Shown: positions 17,348-26,203 of the stretch, piece after piece
Layout: every line of letters begins with the position of its first letter
Numbering within the stretch: the first letter of the stretch is position 1
From: an uncultured Bacteroidaceae bacterium
GTDB lineage: Bacteria > Bacteroidota > Bacteroidia > Bacteroidales > GCA-2748055
NCBI GenBank assembly: GCA_964426915.1
Contig: CAYRTD010000002.1
Span: 5,059-69,058, forward strand
Reading direction: 5' to 3'
DNA: 64,000 nt
The notes under the pieces: model-generated
The model's database searches: none
The model's input: the letters and a program-made list of their open reading frames with translations, nothing else
What the model was told of the DNA's origin: nothing
Made by a program: the position numbers and the translations under genes

Positions 17348-20300
17348 ATGATAAACAAAATCATTAAATTTTTCCTGGAGAACAGACTGGTTACTGTTCT
17401 GATATTGGCGGGTTTTATTATCTGGGGGATCATAACCGCTCCATTTGGCTGGGAGATCGGTAACCTGCCATCCGACCCCGTCCCTGTTGATGCCATTCCG
17501 GACATCGGCGAAAACCAGCAGATCGTTTTTACGGAATGGCCCGGCCGTTCTCCCCAGGATATAGAAGACCAGATTTCCTATCCCTTAACTACCTATCTTT
17601 TAGGTATTCCGGGTGTGAAATCTATCCGTAGTTCTTCAATATTCGGTTTTTCAAGTATTTATTTGATATTCGAAGAAGATATAGAATTTTACTGGTCCCG
17701 TTCCCGGATCCTTGAGAAGTTGAATTCATTGCCATCAGGATTGTTGCCTGAAGCAGTGCAGCCAGCGCTCGGGCCTGATGCCACGGGCCTTGGGCAGATA
17801 TTCTGGTATACCCTGGAGGGACGGGATAAGGAAGGAAATCCGACGGGTGGCTGGGACTTACATGAGATAAGGACCATTCAGGATTATTATGTAAAATACG
17901 GCTTAAATGCCACTCAGGGAGTTTCGGAAGTTGCTTCAATCGGAGGGTTTGTAAAAGAATACCAGATAGATGTTAATCCCGATGCCCTTAAAGCCTATAA
18001 TATTCCACTTCATTCTGTGATGGAGGCTGTGGGTAAATCCAATAAGGATATAGGTGCAAAAACTATTGAAATAAATCAGGCAGAATATCTTGTGCGTGGG
18101 CTGGGGTATATTACAAAAGTTGAGGATATTGAGAAAGCGGTTGTGGCTGTGCATGAAAATGTTCCTGTAAGGATCGAAGATATTGCTGTTGTAGGGATTG
18201 GTCCGGCATCCCGTCGCGGAATACTTGATAAGGACGGTGCGGAAGTTGTGGGTGGAGTGGTTGTTGCACGATACGGAGCTAACCCCCTGGAAGTAATTAA
18301 TAATGTAAAGGATAAGATTGAGGAAATTGCTCCCGGCTTACCAAAGAAAACTCTCTCAACCGGGGTGGAGAGTCAACTGACCATTGTTCCTTTTTATGAC
18401 CGTTCCGGGTTGATCTACGAAACGCTGGGAACTCTGGAGGAAGCTCTTTCACTGGAGATACTTATTACCATACTGGTGGTAATAATCATGGTATATAACC
18501 TGCGGGCTTCATTATTAATTTCGAGTTTACTTCCTATCGCTGTGTTAATGGTTTTTATTGCCATGAAATATTTTCATGTCGATGCGAATATTGTGGCATT
18601 ATCGGGTATCGCGATAGCGATTGGGACAATGGTGGATCTTGGGGTCATTCTTTCAGAGAATATTATTAAACATAATGATGAATCACCCCCGGGACAGAAG
18701 CTCATAACGACCATATATAATGGATCATCTGAAGTTTCATCTGCCATTCTCACTGCAGTTTCCACTACCATTGTCAGCTTTATTCCTGTTTTTACCCTGC
18801 AGGGTGCGGAAGGTAAACTTTTCGGACCTCTGGCATTTACCAAAACTTTTGCCCTTATAGCAGCTCTTATCGTCTCCCTTTTTATTTTGCCAACTCTTGC
18901 CTATTGGTTTTTCGGAGTGAGGGTTAAAAAACGTCCCCTGGCCAATTGGCTGAATATAATCCTTACAGCAGCGGGTATTGCAATTCTTTTTACCGGGTTT
19001 GTATGGGGAGGGGTTATGCTTATTCTTCTGGGAACTGCCGGCATCCTGAAAAGTTTGTATTATGAAAAAGAAAAGAAGGATCAACGATGGCAGGTGAGGT
19101 TAATTGGAAATTCTGATCTTATAATAGTTTCTATAGGAATTGTATGGCTTCTGGCCGGATACTGGCTTCCCCTTGGAGCACAAAAATCTGTTTTGCTCAA
19201 TGCTACTTTTATTGCTTTAATACTGATTATCATCCTGGGCTTTTTTGCATTACTTGAGCGATATTATAAATCTGTGCTCAACTGGTGTCTTGATCATAAA
19301 GTCGCTTTTCTGATCATTCCCGGAATCTTAATAATCCTGGGTATAAATATCTGGCTGGGCTTCAATACGGTATTTGGATTCATGGCGAAAGGTTTTGATA
19401 GCGCAGGCTGGAATATACGAACCACTAAGGTCTGGTCGGAACTCACCCATTCTTTCCCGGGCCTTGGAAAAGAGTTTATGCCTGCACTCGATGAAGGGAG
19501 TTTTTTGTTAATGCCAACCTCCATGCCGCATTCGGGTGTGGAATATAACCGTAAAGTGCTGGGTCAGCTTGATATGCTGGTTAGCAGTATACCGGAAGTT
19601 TCCCTGACTGTCGGGAAATTGGGACGGGTTAATTCGGCGCTTGACCCCGCACCCATTTCAATGTATGAAAATGTGATCAATTACAAGCCGGAATATATAC
19701 TTAATGAAAAAGGGCATAAAGTTCGTTTCAGGGTGGACAGGAAAGACAAATTTATCCTACGGTCCGGAGATACTCTTACAAATGAAGAAGCTCTTACCCT
19801 AAGTATAACAGAGAAAGAACTGATTCCGGACAGAAAAGGAAATTATTTCAGGAACTGGCGCGAACAGATCAAATCGCCCGATGATATCTGGGAGGAAATC
19901 GTCAGGGTTACAAAAATACCAGGCGTTACTTCTGCACCGAAGTTACAGCCCATTGAAACCCGGCTGGTAATGCTGCAGACCGGAATGCGTGCTCCGATGG
20001 GTATAAAGGTCTATGGCCCCGATCTGAATACTATACAGGAATTCGGGATCAGGCTTGAGGATATCCTGAAAGAAGTTCCTTCAGTAAAGCGAGAAGCGGT
20101 TTTTGCCGACCGGATTGTAGGAAAGCCTTATCTACACCTGAATATTGACCGTGAAAAAATTTCCCGGTATGGTTTGAATATTGACGACGTGCAGCAAAGT
20201 ATCGAAACCGCCATCGGGGGTATGAAAATAACTTCTACTGTAGAGGGAAGGGAAAGATATCCCGTACGGGTGAGGTATCCAAGAGAACTCAGAGACAACC

Positions 20301-21172
20301 CGGAGGCCATCAGCAAGATTCTTGTGCCTACACCCACAGGTGCTCAGATTCCTCTGGGTCAGCTGGTGGATATTGAGTATGTGCAGGGTCCTCAGGCAAT
20401 CAAAAGTGAAGAAACTTTTTTAACGGGCTATGTACTTTTCGATAAGCGTGAAGGGGAGGCAGAAGTAAATGTGGTAAATGATGCAAGAGACCTGATCCAA
20501 ACAAGGATCGATGAAGGTCAGTTATCGGTGCCCGCCGGAGTAAGTTATAAGTTCTCGGGAAGCTACGAAAATCAGATAAGGGCTGAAAAGCGTTTATCCA
20601 TTATCGTACCCCTCGTATTGTTTATAATATTTCTTATACTTTTCTTCCAGTTCAAATCCGTATCTACTTCACTTATGGTGTTTACGGGAATAGTTATGGC
20701 TTTCAGCGGAGGTTTTTTGATGCTCTGGTTATACGGTCAGCCCGGCTTCGCTGATTTTTCTGTTTTCGGTACAAATATGAGAGATCTTTTCCAGATGCAT
20801 CCCATAAATCTAAGTGTTGCTGTTTGGGTGGGCTTTATTGCGCTATTTGGTATTGCGACTGATGACGGTGTGCTTATGGGTACTTATCTCGACCAGAGTT
20901 TCGAACGAAATAAGACGGATAGCCTGGAAGGTATTAGAGCTGCAGTGGTGGAGGCAGGCCAAAGACGGATAAGACCTGCCGTTATGACCTCAGCAACCAC
21001 AATCATTGCACTTTTGCCTATTCTTACCTCTTCCGGAAAAGGTTCGGATATAATGATACCCATGGCTATACCCGCCTTCGGAGGAATGTTGGTGGCGGCA
21101 ATCACATATTTTATCGTTCCGACACTTTATAGCATCCGTGAAGAAAGAAAATTTAAAAAGTTAAATCCATGA
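17348..21172 (+). CDS. CusA/CzcA-family heavy-metal efflux RND permease (extended form)
   Basis: 1274 aa. It has the RND architecture of two TM bundles and two large periplasmic loops. GIAIAIGTMVDLGVIL and GIATDDGVLM are typical HME-RND TM4/TM10 motifs. Its stop overlaps the next start as ATGA. Confidence 0.9.
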   Translation: MINKIIKFFLENRLVTVLILAGFIIWGIITAPFGWEIGNLPSDPVPVDAIPDIGENQQIVFTEWPGRSPQDIEDQISYPLTTYLLGIPGVKSIRSSSIFGFSSIYLIFEEDIEFYWSRSRILEKLNSLPSGLLPEAVQPALGPDATGLGQIFWYTLEGRDKEGNPTGGWDLHEIRTIQDYYVKYGLNATQGVSEVASIGGFVKEYQIDVNPDALKAYNIPLHSVMEAVGKSNKDIGAKTIEINQAEYLVRGLGYITKVEDIEKAVVAVHENVPVRIEDIAVVGIGPASRRGILDKDGAEVVGGVVVARYGANPLEVINNVKDKIEEIAPGLPKKTLSTGVESQLTIVPFYDRSGLIYETLGTLEEALSLEILITILVVIIMVYNLRASLLISSLLPIAVLMVFIAMKYFHVDANIVALSGIAIAIGTMVDLGVILSENIIKHNDESPPGQKLITTIYNGSSEVSSAILTAVSTTIVSFIPVFTLQGAEGKLFGPLAFTKTFALIAALIVSLFILPTLAYWFFGVRVKKRPLANWLNIILTAAGIAILFTGFVWGGVMLILLGTAGILKSLYYEKEKKDQRWQVRLIGNSDLIIVSIGIVWLLAGYWLPLGAQKSVLLNATFIALILIIILGFFALLERYYKSVLNWCLDHKVAFLIIPGILIILGINIWLGFNTVFGFMAKGFDSAGWNIRTTKVWSELTHSFPGLGKEFMPALDEGSFLLMPTSMPHSGVEYNRKVLGQLDMLVSSIPEVSLTVGKLGRVNSALDPAPISMYENVINYKPEYILNEKGHKVRFRVDRKDKFILRSGDTLTNEEALTLSITEKELIPDRKGNYFRNWREQIKSPDDIWEEIVRVTKIPGVTSAPKLQPIETRLVMLQTGMRAPMGIKVYGPDLNTIQEFGIRLEDILKEVPSVKREAVFADRIVGKPYLHLNIDREKISRYGLNIDDVQQSIETAIGGMKITSTVEGRERYPVRVRYPRELRDNPEAISKILVPTPTGAQIPLGQLVDIEYVQGPQAIKSEETFLTGYVLFDKREGEAEVNVVNDARDLIQTRIDEGQLSVPAGVSYKFSGSYENQIRAEKRLSIIVPLVLFIIFLILFFQFKSVSTSLMVFTGIVMAFSGGFLMLWLYGQPGFADFSVFGTNMRDLFQMHPINLSVAVWVGFIALFGIATDDGVLMGTYLDQSFERNKTDSLEGIRAAVVEAGQRRIRPAVMTSATTIIALLPILTSSGKGSDIMIPMAIPAFGGMLVAAITYFIVPTLYSIREERKFKKLNP

Positions 21173-22404
21173 GAACAGCGATCATTATACTCATCACCAT
21201 AGTAATTGGGATTTTTCCCGCAGGGGCACAAAGTCTGAATGAATATTTTAAAATTGCTGCAGAACAGAATCCCGGACTTCAAAGCAAATACAAGGAATTC
21301 GAAGCGGCTCTGGAGAAAGTTCCTCAGGTTAGTTCACTTCCTGATCCTGTGTTTAGTTTTGGTTTTTTCCTTTCCCCTGTGGAAACCAGAGTAGGACCAC
21401 AGCGCTGTAAATTTTCCCTGAATCAGATGTTTCCATGGTTTGGTACCCTGGAAGCACAAAATAATGCTGCGGCATTGCTGGCAGAAGCCAGATATCAGGT
21501 TTTTCTCGATGCGCGTAATGAACTCTTCTACAAAGTAGCAGCCGCGTATTATCCTCTTTATGAACTAAAAAGGTGGCAGCAGATAGAAGAGGAAAACATA
21601 GAGATTCTAAGTTCATATAAAAGTCTTGCCTCCAAAAAATTTGAAAATGGAACGGCTGCTATGACAGATGTTTTAAGAGTTGATATTTTAATCCGGGAGG
21701 CCCGGACGGAGCTGGAAATTCTGAATCATAAGGAATTCTCATTACTCACTACCTTCAATAAATTATTGAACAGGGAAGAGGAGACGGAAGTACTCATACA
21801 AGACTCTATCGAGATTTCCCCTTTTGCAGCAGATATTGTGAATAAGGACTCTTTACTGATTGAAAATCCTGTATTAGAGGAGATTGATCTCAGGATAAAG
21901 GCCGGTGAGGCTTCGGAAACTGCAGCTAAAAAACAGGGAATGCCCACACTGGGTGTTGGCCTGGATTATGTTATCGTGGGCGAGAGGAATGATATCACCT
22001 CCCCTGATAACGGAAAGGATGCAATCATGCCTATGGTATCTGTCAGCATTCCTTTTTTCAGTAAAAAGTACAAAGCAGCAGCTAACGAAGCACGAATAAT
22101 GCAGGAAAGCTATGCACTAAAAAAACAAGAACTTATAAATTCCCTGCAAAGCGATTATGAGTCGGTCCGGTTTCAGATTAAACAGGCTGAAAAAGAGATC
22201 CGTCTGTATCATGAACAGGTTGAAGAGAGCCGGAGGATCGTAAATCTTTTACTGTCTTCATACAGTAGTGCGGGAAATGATTTTGAAGAAGTACTTGATG
22301 TACATCAGAGACTTCTTAAATATGACAAAATGCTGGCAAGGGCTAAAGTGAAGTATAAAACAGCAATTGCCAGAATGAATTATTTAATAGCAAAAAAATA
22401 TTAA
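21169..22404 (+). CDS. TolC/CzcC-family outer-membrane efflux protein
   Basis: 411 aa with a signal peptide and two coiled-coil/beta repeats. It is translationally coupled to the RND permease. Confidence 0.85.
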   Translation: MRTAIIILITIVIGIFPAGAQSLNEYFKIAAEQNPGLQSKYKEFEAALEKVPQVSSLPDPVFSFGFFLSPVETRVGPQRCKFSLNQMFPWFGTLEAQNNAAALLAEARYQVFLDARNELFYKVAAAYYPLYELKRWQQIEEENIEILSSYKSLASKKFENGTAAMTDVLRVDILIREARTELEILNHKEFSLLTTFNKLLNREEETEVLIQDSIEISPFAADIVNKDSLLIENPVLEEIDLRIKAGEASETAAKKQGMPTLGVGLDYVIVGERNDITSPDNGKDAIMPMVSVSIPFFSKKYKAAANEARIMQESYALKKQELINSLQSDYESVRFQIKQAEKEIRLYHEQVEESRRIVNLLLSSYSSAGNDFEEVLDVHQRLLKYDKMLARAKVKYKTAIARMNYLIAKKY

Positions 22405-22405
22405 G

Positions 22406-24238
22406 ATGAAAAGGAATATATTTTCAACCAGACAAATAATGATAATTATTGTCACGCTGCTCGCCGGCTTATTTTTGGGATGGTTATTTTTTAGCGATTC
22501 GGATGATGACCATGTGGAAGAGGCTTTGATGGAATCCGAAGTGGCTGAAGAGATAATATGGACCTGTTCCATGCATCCGCAAATACGCCAGGAAGAACCC
22601 GGTGACTGCCCAATTTGCGGCATGGACCTGATCCCTCTCGACCAGGAAGATGATGATCATGCCGATGCCCGGGTTGTGAGCATGTCGCCCACTGCCATGC
22701 AGTTGGCAAATGTCAGAACAGCCAGGGCGGGCTCCATGGATGCTGTTAAATCGCTGCGTCTCAATGGGAAGGTTCAGCCCGATGAACGACTGGTTTTTTC
22801 ACAGTCATCACATGTTCCGGGACGAATAGAACAGCTCGGTGTAAATTTTACAGGTGAATTTGTAAACAAGGGCCAGACACTGGCACGGGTTTATTCGCCG
22901 GATCTGGTTACCGCTCAGAAAGAATTATTTGAGGCAGAAAAGATGAAAGAAGTACAGCCGGGTTTATTCAGGGCGGCAAAAGAGAAACTTAGAAACTGGA
23001 ACCTTGGTGAAGAACAGATAAACGAGATCCTCGAAGATGGGGAACCGAGAGAGAATTTTGCCATAAGTGCCGATGTTTCTGGTTATGTGACCCGTAAATT
23101 CATAAACCTGGGCGACTATATTCAACGTGGAGAAGCCATTTATGAGATAACTGATCTTTCAAAAGTCTGGGTATTATTTGATATCTATGAATCAGACATG
23201 CCATGGGTAAAAAAAGGAGATAAAGTGTCTTTTTCCGTAGCCTCATTACCGGGTGAAAGTTTTGAATCATCCATAAGCTTTATCGATCCGGTGATTGATC
23301 CTGAAACACGCATAGCAAAGGCCAGAATTGAAGTTCCCAACAGAAACCTGCAGCTTAAACCTGAAATGTTTGCCTCCGGCATTGTGCAGGCAAAACTTCC
23401 GGAAAGTTCAAATGCTTTGATCATTCCTAAATCATCAGTTATGTGGACGGGGGAACGTTCGGTTGTGTATGTAAGAACCAGTACGGACCAGGGTGTAAGC
23501 TTTATTATGCGGGAAGTAGTACTGGGATCAGCCCTTGGAGATGGATATATTGTAAAAAGTGGCTTGTCTGAGGAAGAAGAGATCGCCGTTCACGGAACTT
23601 TCAGTATTGATGCTGCTGCGCAGTTGGCTGGTAAGCCCAGTATGATGAATCCTTCCTTTGCTGAAGCTTCGGAAGGCAGGCCGGAAGGAGGTGAGGTGAT
23701 GACCGGGCATAGTCATGGAGATCATATAGCAAGGGATACGGAAATGGCTGATATGGATATGGAAGCTGAGCCGGATGAAGATTATGATGCCCCGGTTGAA
23801 TTTAAAGAACAGTTAACAGATGTTTATCAGCAATACCTTATTATGAAAAATCATTTTGTTGAAACTGCCCCGGGGAAGGTAAGGGAAGCTGCGGGGGATG
23901 TTCAGGAATCTTTGAATGATATTGATATGAGCCTGCTGGCTGGCGCGGCACACGAAAAGTACATGAAACATGCGAATGAACTGAAAACTACTATTGGTGC
24001 AATCGCTGCAAGTTCTGATATAGATCAGCAGCGCCGTGAATTTTCACGATTCAATGAGCATTTCTCTGAAATAATAAGAAGCTTTGGTCTGGCAGGAGAA
24101 ACTGCTTATTATCAGTACTGTCCTATGGCAAATCAGGATAAGGGAGCTTACTGGTTTAGTGAAACAAACGAGATACGGAATCCCTATTTCGGAGATGAAA
24201 TGCTAATGTGCGGTGAAACGCGGGATACAATAAAGTAA
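22406..24238 (+). CDS. RND periplasmic adaptor (CusB/CzcB-like) with N-terminal Cys4 metal-binding domain and C-terminal DUF3347-like domain
   Basis: 610 aa. WTCSMHPQIRQEEPGDCPICGMDL is the heavy-metal-binding domain. The middle is an HlyD-like barrel-sandwich. The C-terminal helical domain ends in YYQYCPMANQDKGAYW...MLMCGE. The gene starts 1 nt after the TolC stop. Confidence 0.85.
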   Translation: MKRNIFSTRQIMIIIVTLLAGLFLGWLFFSDSDDDHVEEALMESEVAEEIIWTCSMHPQIRQEEPGDCPICGMDLIPLDQEDDDHADARVVSMSPTAMQLANVRTARAGSMDAVKSLRLNGKVQPDERLVFSQSSHVPGRIEQLGVNFTGEFVNKGQTLARVYSPDLVTAQKELFEAEKMKEVQPGLFRAAKEKLRNWNLGEEQINEILEDGEPRENFAISADVSGYVTRKFINLGDYIQRGEAIYEITDLSKVWVLFDIYESDMPWVKKGDKVSFSVASLPGESFESSISFIDPVIDPETRIAKARIEVPNRNLQLKPEMFASGIVQAKLPESSNALIIPKSSVMWTGERSVVYVRTSTDQGVSFIMREVVLGSALGDGYIVKSGLSEEEEIAVHGTFSIDAAAQLAGKPSMMNPSFAEASEGRPEGGEVMTGHSHGDHIARDTEMADMDMEAEPDEDYDAPVEFKEQLTDVYQQYLIMKNHFVETAPGKVREAAGDVQESLNDIDMSLLAGAAHEKYMKHANELKTTIGAIAASSDIDQQRREFSRFNEHFSEIIRSFGLAGETAYYQYCPMANQDKGAYWFSETNEIRNPYFGDEMLMCGETRDTIK

Positions 24239-24323
24239 GCCCACTGTGACTATTCTTATTTTATACCGGGTGAAGAATTCTCTTACACAATGGAAGTAGG
24301 AATCAAAATCTTTTTGTCAGCTT

Positions 24324-24331
24324 TAATTTTG
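24324..24331 (+). promoter_or_regulatory. candidate -7 promoter box (TAATTTTG)
   Basis: Exact TAnnTTTG match 49 nt upstream of ATG 24380. Confidence 0.35.
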
Positions 24332-24379
24332 CAACAAAGAGACAATTAAAACAATTATTAATTATAAAAATCAAACACA

Positions 24380-24733
24380 ATGAAAAAAGTAATGTCAGGT
24401 ATGATTATTATGTTCCTTATGGGAACCATGAGCTTGTTTGCGCAAAACAAGACAGAGAAATTTGAAGTAAGAGGAAACTGCGGCATGTGTGAAAAGCGGA
24501 TTGAAAAGGCTGCAAAATCGGTAGACGGGGTTACAGCGGCTGACTGGGATCAGAAAACCAAAATGGCTGAAGTAACTTTTGATCAGTCAAAAACCGGTTT
24601 ACATAAAATACATATGGCAATTGCAAAAGCTGGTCATGACACGGATATGCATAAAGCCAGTGATGAAGCCTATAAAAAGCTTCCGGGATGTTGTAAATAT
24701 GATCGTGAAGGTTCCGAAAATGGAGATAAATAA
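24380..24733 (+). CDS. secreted heavy-metal-associated (HMA) domain protein
   Basis: 117 aa. Signal peptide, a GNCGMCEKRIEKA (CxxC) ferredoxin-like HMA domain, and an extra CC in PGCCKYD. Confidence 0.8.
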   Translation: MKKVMSGMIIMFLMGTMSLFAQNKTEKFEVRGNCGMCEKRIEKAAKSVDGVTAADWDQKTKMAEVTFDQSKTGLHKIHMAIAKAGHDTDMHKASDEAYKKLPGCCKYDREGSENGDK

Positions 24734-24816
24734 TAGCTAAATAAACCGCCGGGTTTTGGAGTCGGTCCCGGCAGCTTCCTGTTTGCTCCACCTAACCGGC
24801 TTATAAAAGTCAAATT

Positions 24817-24851
24817 ACCCGGAGATAAATCTGATTAGATCCGGGTTTTTT
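24817..24851 (+). terminator. possible rho-independent terminator
   Basis: ACCCGGA (24817-24823) pairs with TCCGGGT (24840-24846) and a T-run follows. The loop is long at 16 nt. Confidence 0.45.
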
Positions 24852-25078
24852 CTTTTACCCACTTACTGTGGATAAGATACACAAAAACCTTTTTTATTTC
24901 GTTTCCAACTCCCTCGCATAAATAAAATTGGCGAATTCATCACCAGTGTTAACATGCACAAAAACAAATCTTTACATATGGTGCAGACTACTGTTTAGCT
25001 CGAAAAACTGATCATTTTGGCACGAAATTGGGCCTTTTCACTTATAAAGTTTAATGTTACATTCTTAATTCTACCAAA

Positions 25079-25726
25079 ATGAAAAAGTTATTACATCTTA
25101 CCGGCATATTTACAGGAATCATGTTACTGTTTATTTACCTCAGTTCGTGTGTTGGTACTTCAACCTTGGTAACTGGGACATGGGAAAGTGAAAGAGTCGG
25201 GAAAAGCTATGAAAACATTATGGTGGTGGCTCTTGTACCCACCGTTAGTTCAAGATCGACCATAGAAAAGCAGATGGTGGAAAGCCTTAGCGGGAAAGGT
25301 GTTAATGCTACACAAAGTATGGACATTCTTCCAACGAAATTTATTGAAGAGGAAAACAGGAAACAGGAGATCCTTAACAATATCAGAAGTGATGGCGCTG
25401 ATGGCATTCTGACGGTTTCACTTATTGATAAAGAAACGGAATCCCGTTATGTTCCCGGTTCAAATCCTTATGCACCTTATCCTCACTACAGTTTCTACGG
25501 GCAATTTTGGGGATACTATAATTACTGGTATCCACGCTTTTATGACAGAGGTTACTATACAGAGGATAAGGTTTATTACATCGAAACGAACCTTTACGAT
25601 ACGGAAACCGAGGAGCTCGTATGGTCAGCCCAAAGCAAAACATACGATCCGGTAAATCTTGATACTTTTTCCAAAGACTTTGCTAAAGCGATAGTTAATA
25701 AACTTGATGAAGCAGATATAATTTAA
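25079..25726 (+). CDS. hypothetical lipoprotein with a Tyr-rich segment
   Basis: 215 aa. Lipobox-like signal (LLFIYLSSC) and an aromatic-rich stretch YAPYPHYSFYGQFWGYYNYWYPRFYDRGYY. Confidence 0.7.
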   Translation: MKKLLHLTGIFTGIMLLFIYLSSCVGTSTLVTGTWESERVGKSYENIMVVALVPTVSSRSTIEKQMVESLSGKGVNATQSMDILPTKFIEEENRKQEILNNIRSDGADGILTVSLIDKETESRYVPGSNPYAPYPHYSFYGQFWGYYNYWYPRFYDRGYYTEDKVYYIETNLYDTETEELVWSAQSKTYDPVNLDTFSKDFAKAIVNKLDEADII

Positions 25727-26203
25727 AAAGATGAGTTTTCTAAGCTGAATTATTCATCCATCATGTTCAGGGAAGATTCCTTGTCCGGATCTGATGAAAT
25801 TATATTTTATTTCAAGGATTACAAAACGATCCCGATTCCACGGAAATTGTCACACTTTGCTGCATATGACGGGTTAAAAGTTTGGGATTTCTTTTTCCAA
25901 AAAAAAACAGAAATCAAAGCTGGAAATAATCCGGGACGAAATAATGAAATTTATAAACTGAAAGATTTTGGTTGTGGATTTTAATCTCACTTGTCGGGAT
26001 AATTCAACAAATCCATAGAAATATACGATTTTACTTCTGACCTCTAAGGCATTGCTTTTTAATGATTATGCAGGTTTTTCAAAGAAAAATCTGATTTTTT
26101 TAAGTGTCTGGCATAATCTTTTCGCTTGTATCAGGGTATCCGGTTCTTTGAGAAGTATTTTTTTGACCAGAACCCACAGGTAGTATCAATTAATATTTTT
26201 CCT

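Noticed and set aside
24867-24875. Perfect DnaA box (TGTGGATAA, the complement of TTATCCACA)
   Set aside because: It is a single isolated 9-mer, and roughly one chance occurrence is expected in 64 kb on two strands. There is no box cluster, AT-rich unwinding element or dnaA/dnaN nearby.
25763-25984. 73-aa ORF between the lipoprotein and the PD40 fusion gene
   Set aside because: It has no motif, signal peptide or promoter box that I can support. It is left uncalled and could be checked by conservation.
26126-26203. TTG-initiated 26-codon extension of the PD40 fusion protein
   Set aside because: ATG 26204 is immediately followed by a typical signal peptide (MKKHLKILIFLTSCF). The same logic was applied to the TTG or GTG track starts at 4050, 31838, 41442, 44950, 51243 and 59839.
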